Shown one piece after another: positions 1 to 8,445 of a DNA stretch of 64,000 bases. The notes beneath the pieces were generated by a model that saw only the letters and a program-made list of their open reading frames with translations, made no database searches and was not told where the DNA came from. Location: the NCBI GenBank assembly GCA_947459185.1, contig CANHCU010000001.1, positions 14,463-78,462 of the forward strand, given 5' to 3'. The position numbers and the translations under genes were made by a program. The number at the start of each line of letters is the position of its first letter. The stretch's first letter is position 1. The stretch comes from Planctomycetaceae bacterium (GTDB taxonomy: Bacteria > Planctomycetota > Planctomycetia > Pirellulales > UBA1268).

Positions 1-1
1 G

Positions 2-316
2 ATCTTTCCATCGCGGGCCGAGGGATACGGCCTCCCGATCGTCGAGAGCCTGTCGCACGGCATGCGGGTCTTTGCGTCGGACATCCCGGCCCATCGCGAG
101 GTGGGCGGGCCGTGGTGCGTCTATTTCGCACCCGGTGACGTGGCAGGTCTGGCCGGGCAGATCGTCCGCTGGGAACGAGATGGCGTCTTTCCGGCGGCAC
201 AGCCGAAGGGAGCCTTTGCGTCCCCGACCTGGCAGCAGGCGACCGAACAGCTGATGCGGATTGTTTTTTCCGGGACATCGGTGGATGCCCTGCACGGAGA
301 GCGGGCGGCGGCCTGA
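2..316 (+). CDS. glycosyltransferase family 1, C-terminal fragment (5' end outside window)
   Basis: Frame 2 is open from the window edge. The translation IFPSRAEGYGLPIVESLSHGMRVFASDIPAHREV is the GT-B/GT1 C-terminal E-x7-E region. Confidence 0.7.
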   Translation: MFPSRAEGYGLPIVESLSHGMRVFASDIPAHREVGGPWCVYFAPGDVAGLAGQIVRWERDGVFPAAQPKGAFASPTWQQATEQLMRIVFSGTSVDALHGERAAA

Positions 317-387
317 CCACGATCCGCAGTTCGGGCGTCGGCAGCGGTGCCAACGCCATCGGAAACAAGACTCAAAGAGGCACGATC

Positions 388-2346
388 ATGGCGCGGGTGG
401 ATGAATTGCTGGGATCGATCACGGCGTGGCGGAATGGTGCCAATACCAGCACGCAGCGACCGAGCCGTGGCTCGGTGGCCCGGATCGACGTCGCCCGTTT
501 CCCGAAGGCTGACCCCACGATGCACGTGGGTGGCACTCGGCCGGACAAAACCCTCTCGTCGCTCTGCACGTTCGACCAGCTCGACAGCCCCCGGTTTCGT
601 CACTGGGCGGCGGCGATCCAGGAGCCGTGGCGAGCCCATCGCAAGCTCTGGGAACTCGCCTACATCTGCCAGACCCTCGACGAGCGGGGCATGCTCCAGC
701 CAGGCCGCCGCGGCCTCGGCTTCGCAGTGGGGGCGGAGAAGCTGCCGGCACTGTTTGCGGCCCGTGGCTGCAAAATCACCGCGACCGACCTCCCAGCCGA
801 GGACGAGCGAAACCAGGCCTGGGCGCAGACGGGCCAATGGGTCGGCAACCTCGCGTCGCTGAGCCACCCCGCCATCTGTCCCGAACAGGCCTTTCGCGAC
901 AACGTCAGCTACCGGCCCGTCGATATGAACGACATTCCGGCCGACCTCACCGGCTTCGACTTCACCTGGTCGACCTGCTCCTTCGAGCACTGCGGCAGCA
1001 TCGAGCTCGGCCTGCGGTTTCTCGAGGAGCAGATGCGGTGTCTTGCGCCTGGCGGCATCGCCGTGCACACCACGGAGTTCAATCTGTCTTCGAACGACGC
1101 CACGGTGATGGATGGTGGCTGCGTGATCTTTCGGCTCAAGGACATCGAGTGGATCGTCGCGGCGCTTCGCGACGCCGGTCACGATGTCGAGCCGCTGGAC
1201 CTCTCGACGGGCTCGCGGGAACTCGATCGCCATGTCGACACCGCGCCCTACAGCCAGGACCGGCACCTCCGGCTCGACCTCTGGGGCTATGCGTCGACAT
1301 CGATCGGCCTCATTATCCGTAAAAGCACGCAGGCCGATGCGTATGGGCATCTCTCCGCGGCTGAAAGCCGCCGTGTGCGGATGACGTTGTCATGCCGCGA
1401 TACCGATCCTCTCCCGAAGGTGCCAGAGGCAGGAGCGGTAGTCGAGCAGGATGGGCAGCGGGTGCAGATCATGCACGAGGGCACGCGGGTGATCGCCGAC
1501 GGCTACTACGGCGGCTGGATGACCGACGTGATCCGAGGTCTCCGCGGCCATCACGAGCCTCAGGAGGAACTCCTCTTCCACCACCTGCTCGCGCACGTGC
1601 GGCCGGGATCGCAATTTGTCGAACTCGGCGCCTACTGGGCCTACTACACGAACTGGTACCTCGGCGCCGTGCCAGGCTCGACAGCGCTCTGCGTCGAGCC
1701 CGACCCCGCCAATCTGGAGGTGGGTCGCCGGAATCTGGCGATCAATGGCCGCACCGCCACGTTCGTCCAAGCCTTCGTTGGCAGCTGCTCGGAGCGGTCA
1801 CGGGTCGGCCGCCTCGAGTCACTCGACATGGACGCCGTCCTCGCGCGGGTGGGCGGTCGGCCGATCGAGATGCTCCACATGGACGTGCAGGGGGCGGAGT
1901 TGCCGTTCATTGAGTCGATGCGGCGAGCGGTCGCGGAACGAAAGGTGCGGTTCATCGTGGTCTCCACCCACCATGAATCGGTGTACTCCACCTACCAGAA
2001 ATCGACCATCGGCTCGACGACCACGCACGAAGATTGTGTCAGGGCGCTTCAGTCACTCGGCGCGAAGGTGTTCGTGGACCACGATGTGTATGAGTCCTTC
2101 AGCGGCGACGGCCTGATCGTGGCGAGCTTTGCGGCCGAGGACAGGTCGATCGTGCTGCCGGCGATCAGCCGGAACGTGCGGGAGCGATCACTCTTCAGCG
2201 GCTGGATTTCGCGTGCTCCGAGCGCGGCAGCGGCCGCCAGTGTGGTCACGCCGCGGCAGAACGGTTGGTTGCACCGGCAGGTTTTGAAACTCCGCCGCTC
2301 ATACCGGAAGCGGTTCAAGGGCGGAGCCGCTCGGCGGGTTGCCTGA
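388..2346 (+). CDS. two-domain SAM-dependent methyltransferase (class I MTase N-half, FkbM-like C-half)
   Basis: 652-aa ORF. The N-half has a Gly-rich SAM motif (GLGFAVGAEKLPALFAARGCKITATDL). The C-half resembles FkbM-type MTases (FVELGAYWAYYTNWYL...CVEPDPANLEVGRRNLAINGR). Confidence 0.7.
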   Translation: MARVDELLGSITAWRNGANTSTQRPSRGSVARIDVARFPKADPTMHVGGTRPDKTLSSLCTFDQLDSPRFRHWAAAIQEPWRAHRKLWELAYICQTLDERGMLQPGRRGLGFAVGAEKLPALFAARGCKITATDLPAEDERNQAWAQTGQWVGNLASLSHPAICPEQAFRDNVSYRPVDMNDIPADLTGFDFTWSTCSFEHCGSIELGLRFLEEQMRCLAPGGIAVHTTEFNLSSNDATVMDGGCVIFRLKDIEWIVAALRDAGHDVEPLDLSTGSRELDRHVDTAPYSQDRHLRLDLWGYASTSIGLIIRKSTQADAYGHLSAAESRRVRMTLSCRDTDPLPKVPEAGAVVEQDGQRVQIMHEGTRVIADGYYGGWMTDVIRGLRGHHEPQEELLFHHLLAHVRPGSQFVELGAYWAYYTNWYLGAVPGSTALCVEPDPANLEVGRRNLAINGRTATFVQAFVGSCSERSRVGRLESLDMDAVLARVGGRPIEMLHMDVQGAELPFIESMRRAVAERKVRFIVVSTHHESVYSTYQKSTIGSTTTHEDCVRALQSLGAKVFVDHDVYESFSGDGLIVASFAAEDRSIVLPAISRNVRERSLFSGWISRAPSAAAAASVVTPRQNGWLHRQVLKLRRSYRKRFKGGAARRVA

Positions 2347-2354
2347 GGCCGTCG

Positions 2355-4670
2355 TCAGACCTTCGGAAAGACGACCAGGCCCTTGGCGGTGTTCAGCAGG
2401 TTGCGGGTGTTGCGGAACCATGTCGTGTAGCAGACGCCGGAACCGGTGCAGATGCCCAGGGCTTGGACACCGACCTGGTTGTACTGCACGATGTTGCCGA
2501 GGGCAGCGTTGTTGGCGACGCCAAAGAGGAAGTTCGTGGCGTTGATGAGCACCGCGCCGGTTTTGCTCGCCGTGAGTGTGTTCCGATAGAAGCCTGTGCC
2601 AGTTGAGTGGCCTGCCGCCCAGAGCCCGTTGCCCTGCGCCGCGGTGAGCGTGTTCCCGAAGCCCGCCGTTGAGCCCCCGACCGTCAGTCCGGTGGCGTTT
2701 TCCAGAACCATCGCGTTGCCACCCAGGGCACTGGCCGAGAAGATGTTGCCGGCGATCGTGGTGTTGGTCATCGTTCCGGCGGCGTAGAGGCCATGCACCG
2801 TGGAGGCGACGTAATTGCCCGCGCCATTACCAACCGTGGTGGCGGCCCCCCCCACGAAGAACGGCGTTGCCGAAGACGCTCCGGTCGCGTTGATCATCTG
2901 AATCCCGGTCGTCTGGCCGGTGATGGCATTGCCCGAGATCACCGAACTGGAGAGGTTGCCCACGGCCCGCACGCCGGTGGTGCCGCCGGCGATGGTGTTG
3001 CCGCCGCCGGCAGTTGCGCTGCCAAGGGACAGCCCCTGGGCATCGAGCAACGACACGCCCAGCGGATTGCCGGTCAGCGAATTGCCCTGAAACGTAGTGC
3101 CGGTGAGGGTGCCGGTGGCGAGCAGGCCGATTGTCTTGCTGCCGCTGATTGTGTTCTTGGAGGCGGTCGTCAGGCCGCCCACCGTCAGGTTGCTGGCGTC
3201 GGTGAGGTTGATGCCGATGCCGTTGCCGCGGATCGTGTTGCCGACGATCGTGGTGGAAGTGTAGTCGGCTTTCGAGCCGGCGATGCCGGAGCCGACATTG
3301 TCGGCAATGACGTTCGGTTCAGCGGTGGCGGTGCCACCGAGGGCGAATCCGGTCATCTTCTGTCCCGACGTTGCCAGGAAGTGAACGCCGTGTCGGCCGT
3401 TGGTCTGGATGACGTTCCCCTGGAGCGTGGTCGTGCTGAAGACTCCGGAGTTGAGGAGGACGCCGTCCATCTCGTTGCCCTGGATCGTGTTGCCGAGGTT
3501 CGGCCCGCCGACGAGCAGACCGGCGAACGCCGCGCCGCCACCCTGCAAGTTGATGCTCAGGCCGTTCGATGCGTTGTACTGGATTGCGTTGCCTTGGATG
3601 GTCGTGCCGGTGTAGGTGCCGCCGAAGGCGGCGAGGCCGTCGGCTCCGTTGCCCTGGAGAATGTTGCCCTGCCCGCTCTTGCCCACCGCGAGATTGGTGA
3701 GCGTCCTGCCCGCCGGCGCGAGTTCGATGCCATGGCGGCTGTTGCCGGAGATCAGGTTGCCGACGATGCTCGTGCCGGTGTAATCCCCCTGCGTCACGAG
3801 CACGCCGTTGGACGAGTTGGACTGGATGGAGTTCGCGGCGCTGGATGTCGCGCCACCGATCTGCAGGGCCGTGATGCCGCCACTTGTGGCGGTGAACGAG
3901 ATTCCGTCGCTCGTGTTTTGGAGGATCGAGTTTCCCTGGACGACGGTGTTTGTGTAGCTGCCAGAGCGGAACGCCAGGCCGTCGCCGTTATAGGCGAAGA
4001 GGTTTTGGGCGGCGGTCGTGGTGCCGCCGATCGTCAGGCCGGTGACGCCCCCGGCTGCGAGGAGGCCGTTGGACGAATTGGCGGTGATCGTGTTGCCGGA
4101 GATGACCGATCCGGTCATCGTGCCGCCCACTAGTTCGATCCCGTTGGTGTTGGCCGTCAGCGTCAGGCCGTTGATCGTGGAGCCGGTCGAACCACCCAGA
4201 AACCGCAGGCCGCTGTCGAAGCCCGTGAGCGTGAGGTTGAGCCCGTTCATCACGATCCCGTTGGCGCCGTTGGCGAACGCAAGGCCGTCGGCCGCCGACG
4301 TCGCCCCGCCGTCGAGCGTGATCGCGTTCGTGCCGGAGAATAAGAACGTCGTCCCGGCCGTATTCGTGATCGTCGGCAGGGCCGTGGCGAGCGCGATCGT
4401 GCCGACGGCCAAATTCTGAAACGTGATCGTGTTGGCGGTTCCAGCATAGGTGGTGTTCACATCGAGGATGGCCTGCCGCAGCGAACCGGTCCCGGCGTCG
4501 GCCAACGTCGTGACGTTGACGACGGCCAGCGCAAGCCGGGCCTCGAGCGATTCAAACGGGGCAAGTCGTGTCTGGCTCTGGCGTTGAGGGGCCGCGGGAC
4601 GAACGCGATTTCCGGAGACTCGTGTGATTCGACGGAACAACGTCTGGATGTTGGTACGGCTGCGGCTCAT
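2355..4670 (-). CDS. secreted right-handed beta-helix (PbH1) repeat protein
   Basis: The ORF runs 2355..4739, but I prefer the ATG at 4670 (MSRSRTNIQ...). It contains over 20 tandem units of about 22-25 aa of the type (I/V)xGNx(I/L)xxNxxxG(I/L). The Arg-rich N-terminus ends in FESLEARLALAV. Confidence 0.75.
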   Translation of the reverse strand: MSRSRTNIQTLFRRITRVSGNRVRPAAPQRQSQTRLAPFESLEARLALAVVNVTTLADAGTGSLRQAILDVNTTYAGTANTITFQNLAVGTIALATALPTITNTAGTTFLFSGTNAITLDGGATSAADGLAFANGANGIVMNGLNLTLTGFDSGLRFLGGSTGSTINGLTLTANTNGIELVGGTMTGSVISGNTITANSSNGLLAAGGVTGLTIGGTTTAAQNLFAYNGDGLAFRSGSYTNTVVQGNSILQNTSDGISFTATSGGITALQIGGATSSAANSIQSNSSNGVLVTQGDYTGTSIVGNLISGNSRHGIELAPAGRTLTNLAVGKSGQGNILQGNGADGLAAFGGTYTGTTIQGNAIQYNASNGLSINLQGGGAAFAGLLVGGPNLGNTIQGNEMDGVLLNSGVFSTTTLQGNVIQTNGRHGVHFLATSGQKMTGFALGGTATAEPNVIADNVGSGIAGSKADYTSTTIVGNTIRGNGIGINLTDASNLTVGGLTTASKNTISGSKTIGLLATGTLTGTTFQGNSLTGNPLGVSLLDAQGLSLGSATAGGGNTIAGGTTGVRAVGNLSSSVISGNAITGQTTGIQMINATGASSATPFFVGGAATTVGNGAGNYVASTVHGLYAAGTMTNTTIAGNIFSASALGGNAMVLENATGLTVGGSTAGFGNTLTAAQGNGLWAAGHSTGTGFYRNTLTASKTGAVLINATNFLFGVANNAALGNIVQYNQVGVQALGICTGSGVCYTTWFRNTRNLLNTAKGLVVFPKV

Positions 4671-4926
4671 CGAAGGGGCTCCGGGGCGTAAAAGGCGTGA
4701 AAAGCTGGACACGGCCGCAAGCCCGCTGTTCCAGCCCAAGCCGCCGACGCCGTCGCGGGGCGGTTTGGGAGAGATGCGCGAGGTATAGCGGTCGTGATGG
4801 GCTATCTCCGTTGCCCGGAAAAGCTATCACAGCCGCTGGCGAGACGTCTAACCGGCGCAGCGGGCGAGAGAATGTCCCGGCGATCAACGCTGCAGACTGA
4901 AGCCGCTGGCGATGCCCGCAAGGGGT

Positions 4927-5643
4927 TCAGGCGGCCGCCCGAAGGGGCTCCTGGCCGCGGATCATGAGGTGGACACCCTCCTCGTAATACCAGCGGAAGT
5001 GCCTGCGGACATCCGCCATCAGCGGCCCGGCCTCGTCCAGATACCGCTGGATATCGCGGCCTCCCGCCGAGCGGTTGAGCGACGGGAGCGGTCGGGCATG
5101 GCCGAGGCCGTTGTCGTCGCAGAACGCCTGAAGCGCCGGCTGCAGTGACTCGAAGTCGAGAAGTGTCGTGTTGTGCCAGAGCGGACCGCCGACGTCGAAG
5201 AACTGATCGTACGTGGGGATCCGGCCACCGATGACAGCGGCGGCGAGAAAATCGCGGAACGTATGGTGCTGTGTACAGCCAATAAAGGGATCGGTCGAAT
5301 CTGCGACGGCCGGATCGCGCTTCCAGAACTCGAACAACGACACCAGCATCTCAAACGGATCCCGAATCACGCCGACGATCCGCAGGGATGCGTGGAGCGG
5401 GCGAAAGCGATCCGCCAGCGTTGGCGACAGCAGTTTCAGGGAGCGGTGGGTGAATCGTCCGAGACGCCTTGGAATGCTATGCGGCCGCAGCAGGCTCAGG
5501 CTCAGATTGACCGGGTAGTGCGGATTGTCGGGAACGAGCAGGTCGGCATCCGGGCAGGTATCGATGAACCAGCGCTGCAGCGACGTACCGGCGGTCTTCG
5601 GGTAGTGGGCAAACGCGAGTTTGTGCGTGCGGCTGACGAGCAT
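4927..5643 (-). CDS. sulfotransferase family protein
   Basis: 238 aa. The N-terminal HYPKTAGTSLQRWF matches the PAPS 5'-phosphosulfate-binding loop of bacterial sulfotransferase families. Confidence 0.7.
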   Translation of the reverse strand: MLVSRTHKLAFAHYPKTAGTSLQRWFIDTCPDADLLVPDNPHYPVNLSLSLLRPHSIPRRLGRFTHRSLKLLSPTLADRFRPLHASLRIVGVIRDPFEMLVSLFEFWKRDPAVADSTDPFIGCTQHHTFRDFLAAAVIGGRIPTYDQFFDVGGPLWHNTTLLDFESLQPALQAFCDDNGLGHARPLPSLNRSAGGRDIQRYLDEAGPLMADVRRHFRWYYEEGVHLMIRGQEPLRAAA

Positions 5644-5993
5644 CGGCTCACTCCCAGATTCCCTCGGACGACATGCCTGTGCCGCTCGTGCCGGGGAGTG
5701 GTGGGTTGGCTCCCTGAACTTGTAGCGACGGCAACCAACGGAATCGACAGCTTTATCCGCACAGCTTGAATAATCTCCCCAAGCCGGAGTGGTTTCCGCA
5801 TCGCCAGGATCAATATGGTTTCGACCAAGGCCCCCTGCCTGCGCAGTCTTTCCATCTTTGCAACGAGCTGGCGACGCTGCCTGTGACGTTTAGTTTGCGG
5901 GGTGTGACGACCGATACAGCCACGGGGTAGTCGGAGTGCGTGCCAGCTGGTGTCAGCCGGTTTCCGCTCCGTGGTCTTGTGGCCTTCTCTTTC

Positions 5994-7172
5994 ATGGTCG
6001 CCAACCGGCTTTTCGCAGAGCGGACCTCCCAGCCGGCTCGGGCCGAACGGCCCCGCGTGGTGCTCGACCTCGAGAAGTTGCGTCATACCAACTGTGGGCT
6101 GGGGCGGTTCTGCCGGCATCTGGCCGAGGGGATCCTGGCGCTCGGCGAGCGGTCTTTCGATCCGGTGTTTTTCCTGCCGCAGACGCTTCCCCAGGAAACC
6201 GTCCGGCACTTCCGGGCTGAAGGCGTCGAGCAGATCGAGGTCAGCCCGTGGCGGAAGGAGACCTTCGCCAGCCTCTATCGGCCGTTCCTCGCGCCGTTCC
6301 AACGGCGGCACCGCTATGACCTCTGGCACGTCACGAACCAGACGAGCAAGTATCTGCCGCTCGATCCCACCGTGCCCGTCGTGCTGACGATCCACGACCT
6401 GAACTTCCTCCACGACGCCCGGCATCAGGATCGGCCTGCGGCCGTGGTCCGCAAGCTGGCCGATGTGCAGCGGAAGGTGGACCGGGCAACGGCCATCGTC
6501 ACCGACTCCCGCTATGTGGCCGATGACGTTGCAACGCACCTGCGGCTTGGCGGCAAGCCGGTGCATGTCGTGTCGCCAGGCCTCTCCGCTCCGCCCGTCG
6601 CGTCTGCTACGGCCCCGGTCTGGGCACCCCGCGGGAAGTTCATCCTGTCAATCGGCAACTGCCTGCCCCACAAGAATTTTCACGCACTCTTTGACTTGAT
6701 CGAGCGGCTGCCAGACTTTGCACTCGTGATTGCTGGCAAGCGGGAGACGCCCTACGGCGAACAGCTTTCCCGCGAAGTCGCCGCCCGGAATCTCGACGGC
6801 CGGGTGACGCTCACCGGGCAGGTGTCGGACGGCGACCGCCAGTGGCTCTACGAGCAGTGCGAAGCGTTTGCGTTTCCCTCGCTCACCGAAGGCTTTGGGT
6901 TTCCGGTGCTCGAGGCGATGCAGTGCGGTAAGCCCGTGTTCATGTCCCGTCGTACGAGCCTGCCAGAACTCGGCGGGTCGCTCGGCTTCTACTGGGACTC
7001 TTTCGGAGCGGAGCACATGGCCTCGGTCTTCCACGCCGGCATGGCCGCCGTGACCGCGATGCCGACCTTCGCGGCCGCGGCGAGGGCCCGGGCCGCGGAA
7101 TTTTCCTGGGAGAACGCCGCCCGCGGCTATCTGCAGGTCTACCGCTCGATTCTCGATCCGGCAACCGCCTGA
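5994..7172 (+). CDS. glycosyltransferase family 1 (GT4-type)
   Basis: EGFGFPVLEAMQCGKPVFMSRRTSLPELGG is the GT1 E-x7-E region. The start is ambiguous between GTG 5940 and ATG 5994. Confidence 0.8.
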   Translation: MVANRLFAERTSQPARAERPRVVLDLEKLRHTNCGLGRFCRHLAEGILALGERSFDPVFFLPQTLPQETVRHFRAEGVEQIEVSPWRKETFASLYRPFLAPFQRRHRYDLWHVTNQTSKYLPLDPTVPVVLTIHDLNFLHDARHQDRPAAVVRKLADVQRKVDRATAIVTDSRYVADDVATHLRLGGKPVHVVSPGLSAPPVASATAPVWAPRGKFILSIGNCLPHKNFHALFDLIERLPDFALVIAGKRETPYGEQLSREVAARNLDGRVTLTGQVSDGDRQWLYEQCEAFAFPSLTEGFGFPVLEAMQCGKPVFMSRRTSLPELGGSLGFYWDSFGAEHMASVFHAGMAAVTAMPTFAAAARARAAEFSWENAARGYLQVYRSILDPATA

Positions 7173-7237
7173 GCGGCAGCGTTTTCCGGGCAAGTTCACG
7201 TCCAAGCTGCTCTTCCGAAACCCCCCTGGGAATTGCT

Positions 7238-8269
7238 ATGACCCACGGCGCCATGTCCACCCTGACGATTCAGAAGCCTGTGTCCGCACGAAAGGCCCTC
7301 ATCTGTGGGATGGGCGGTCAGGATGGCAGCTATCTGGCGGCCCACCTTCTCGACCTTGGCTACACGGTCGTCGGCACGAGCCGCGACGCCCAGGCCGCCC
7401 GCTTCGACGGGCTCACGCGGCTGGGCATCCGCGACCGCGTCACGGTGGAGTCGATGTCGCTCGTCGACTTTCGTTCCACGATGCAGGTGCTCTCCCGCAC
7501 CCAGCCCGACGAGGTCTACAACCTCGCCGGCCAGACCTCCGTGGGGCTCTCGTTCAACCAGCCGGTGGAAACATTCGAGAGCATCGTCATCGGCACGGTG
7601 AACCTGCTCGAGGCGATCCGCATGCTCGGCCGTCCGATCCGGCTCTACAACGCCGGCAGCTCCGAGATGTTCGGCAACACCGGCGATCAGCCGGCCGGCG
7701 AGACCACTGTGCTGCGGCCCTGCAGCCCCTACGGCATCGCCAAGGCGACGTCGTTCTGGCAGATCGCCCAGTATCGTCAGGCCTATTCAATTGAGGCCTG
7801 CACCGGCATCCTCTTCAATCATGAGAGCCCGCTGCGGCCCGAGCGGTTCGTGACCCAGAAGATCGTGGCGGGCGCCTGCCGCGTGGCCGCTGGCGAGCAG
7901 GACGTGCTCAGCCTCGGCGACCTCTCCGTCCGTCGCGACTGGGGCTGGGCGCCGGAGTATGTCGTTGCCATGCACCGCATGCTGCAGACGGAGACGCTCG
8001 AGGATTTTGTCATCGCCACGGGCCAGACGACGAGCCTCGAGGACTTTGTCCGCGAAGTGTTCGCCAGCCTCGGCCTCGACTGGCGGAAACATGTTGTCCG
8101 CGACCCCGCGCTCACCCGCCCCAGCGAGATCCTCTCGGGCCAGGCCGACACATCGCATGCCACCGCTCGGCTCGGCTGGACGGCACGATCCCGCATGAAG
8201 GACGTCGCGCGGATGATGGTGGAGGCGCGGCGTGATTCGCAGGCTCCGGTAATTCGCCGCGCGGCCTAG
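7238..8269 (+). CDS. gmd: GDP-mannose 4,6-dehydratase
   Basis: KALICGMGGQDGSYLAAHLLDLGYTVVGTSRD is the Rossmann motif typical of Gmd. The SDR-type YxxxK region is present and the length (343 aa) fits. Confidence 0.9.
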   Translation: MTHGAMSTLTIQKPVSARKALICGMGGQDGSYLAAHLLDLGYTVVGTSRDAQAARFDGLTRLGIRDRVTVESMSLVDFRSTMQVLSRTQPDEVYNLAGQTSVGLSFNQPVETFESIVIGTVNLLEAIRMLGRPIRLYNAGSSEMFGNTGDQPAGETTVLRPCSPYGIAKATSFWQIAQYRQAYSIEACTGILFNHESPLRPERFVTQKIVAGACRVAAGEQDVLSLGDLSVRRDWGWAPEYVVAMHRMLQTETLEDFVIATGQTTSLEDFVREVFASLGLDWRKHVVRDPALTRPSEILSGQADTSHATARLGWTARSRMKDVARMMVEARRDSQAPVIRRAA

Positions 8270-8299
8270 CGGCTTGGCCGTCAGCGTGATGGGCGCCGG

Positions 8300-8435
8300 A
8301 TTCCCTTGCTTGCGCTGCGGGCTTGGATGAATGATCCCGGTTCCATGCAAGCCCGAAGCGCAAGCGAGAGGAAACCGCGACCTGTTGCCGTGAGGCCACC
8401 CGCGATTCCCTTGCTCGCGCTGCGGGCTTGGATGG
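8300..8435. repeat. intergenic palindromic repeat locus A (type1 +, type2 inverted, type1 +)
   Basis: ATTCCCTTGCTTGCGCTGCGGGCTTGGATG at 8300-8329, CCATGCAAGCCCGAAGCGCAAGCGAGAGGAA at 8343-8373 and ATTCCCTTGCTCGCGCTGCGGGCTTGGATGG at 8405-8435. The locus lies between the convergent gmd and lnt genes. Confidence 0.9.
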
Positions 8436-8445
8436 GGACGGGCTT

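Noticed and set aside
121-1350. 409-aa minus-strand ORF, plus other long overlapping ORFs such as 2793..4133, 5502..6566, 22003..23259, 28243..29577 and 40893..42011
   Set aside because: All overlap better-supported genes on the other strand or frame. They have Arg/Ala/Gly/Pro-dominated composition and no recognisable motifs.
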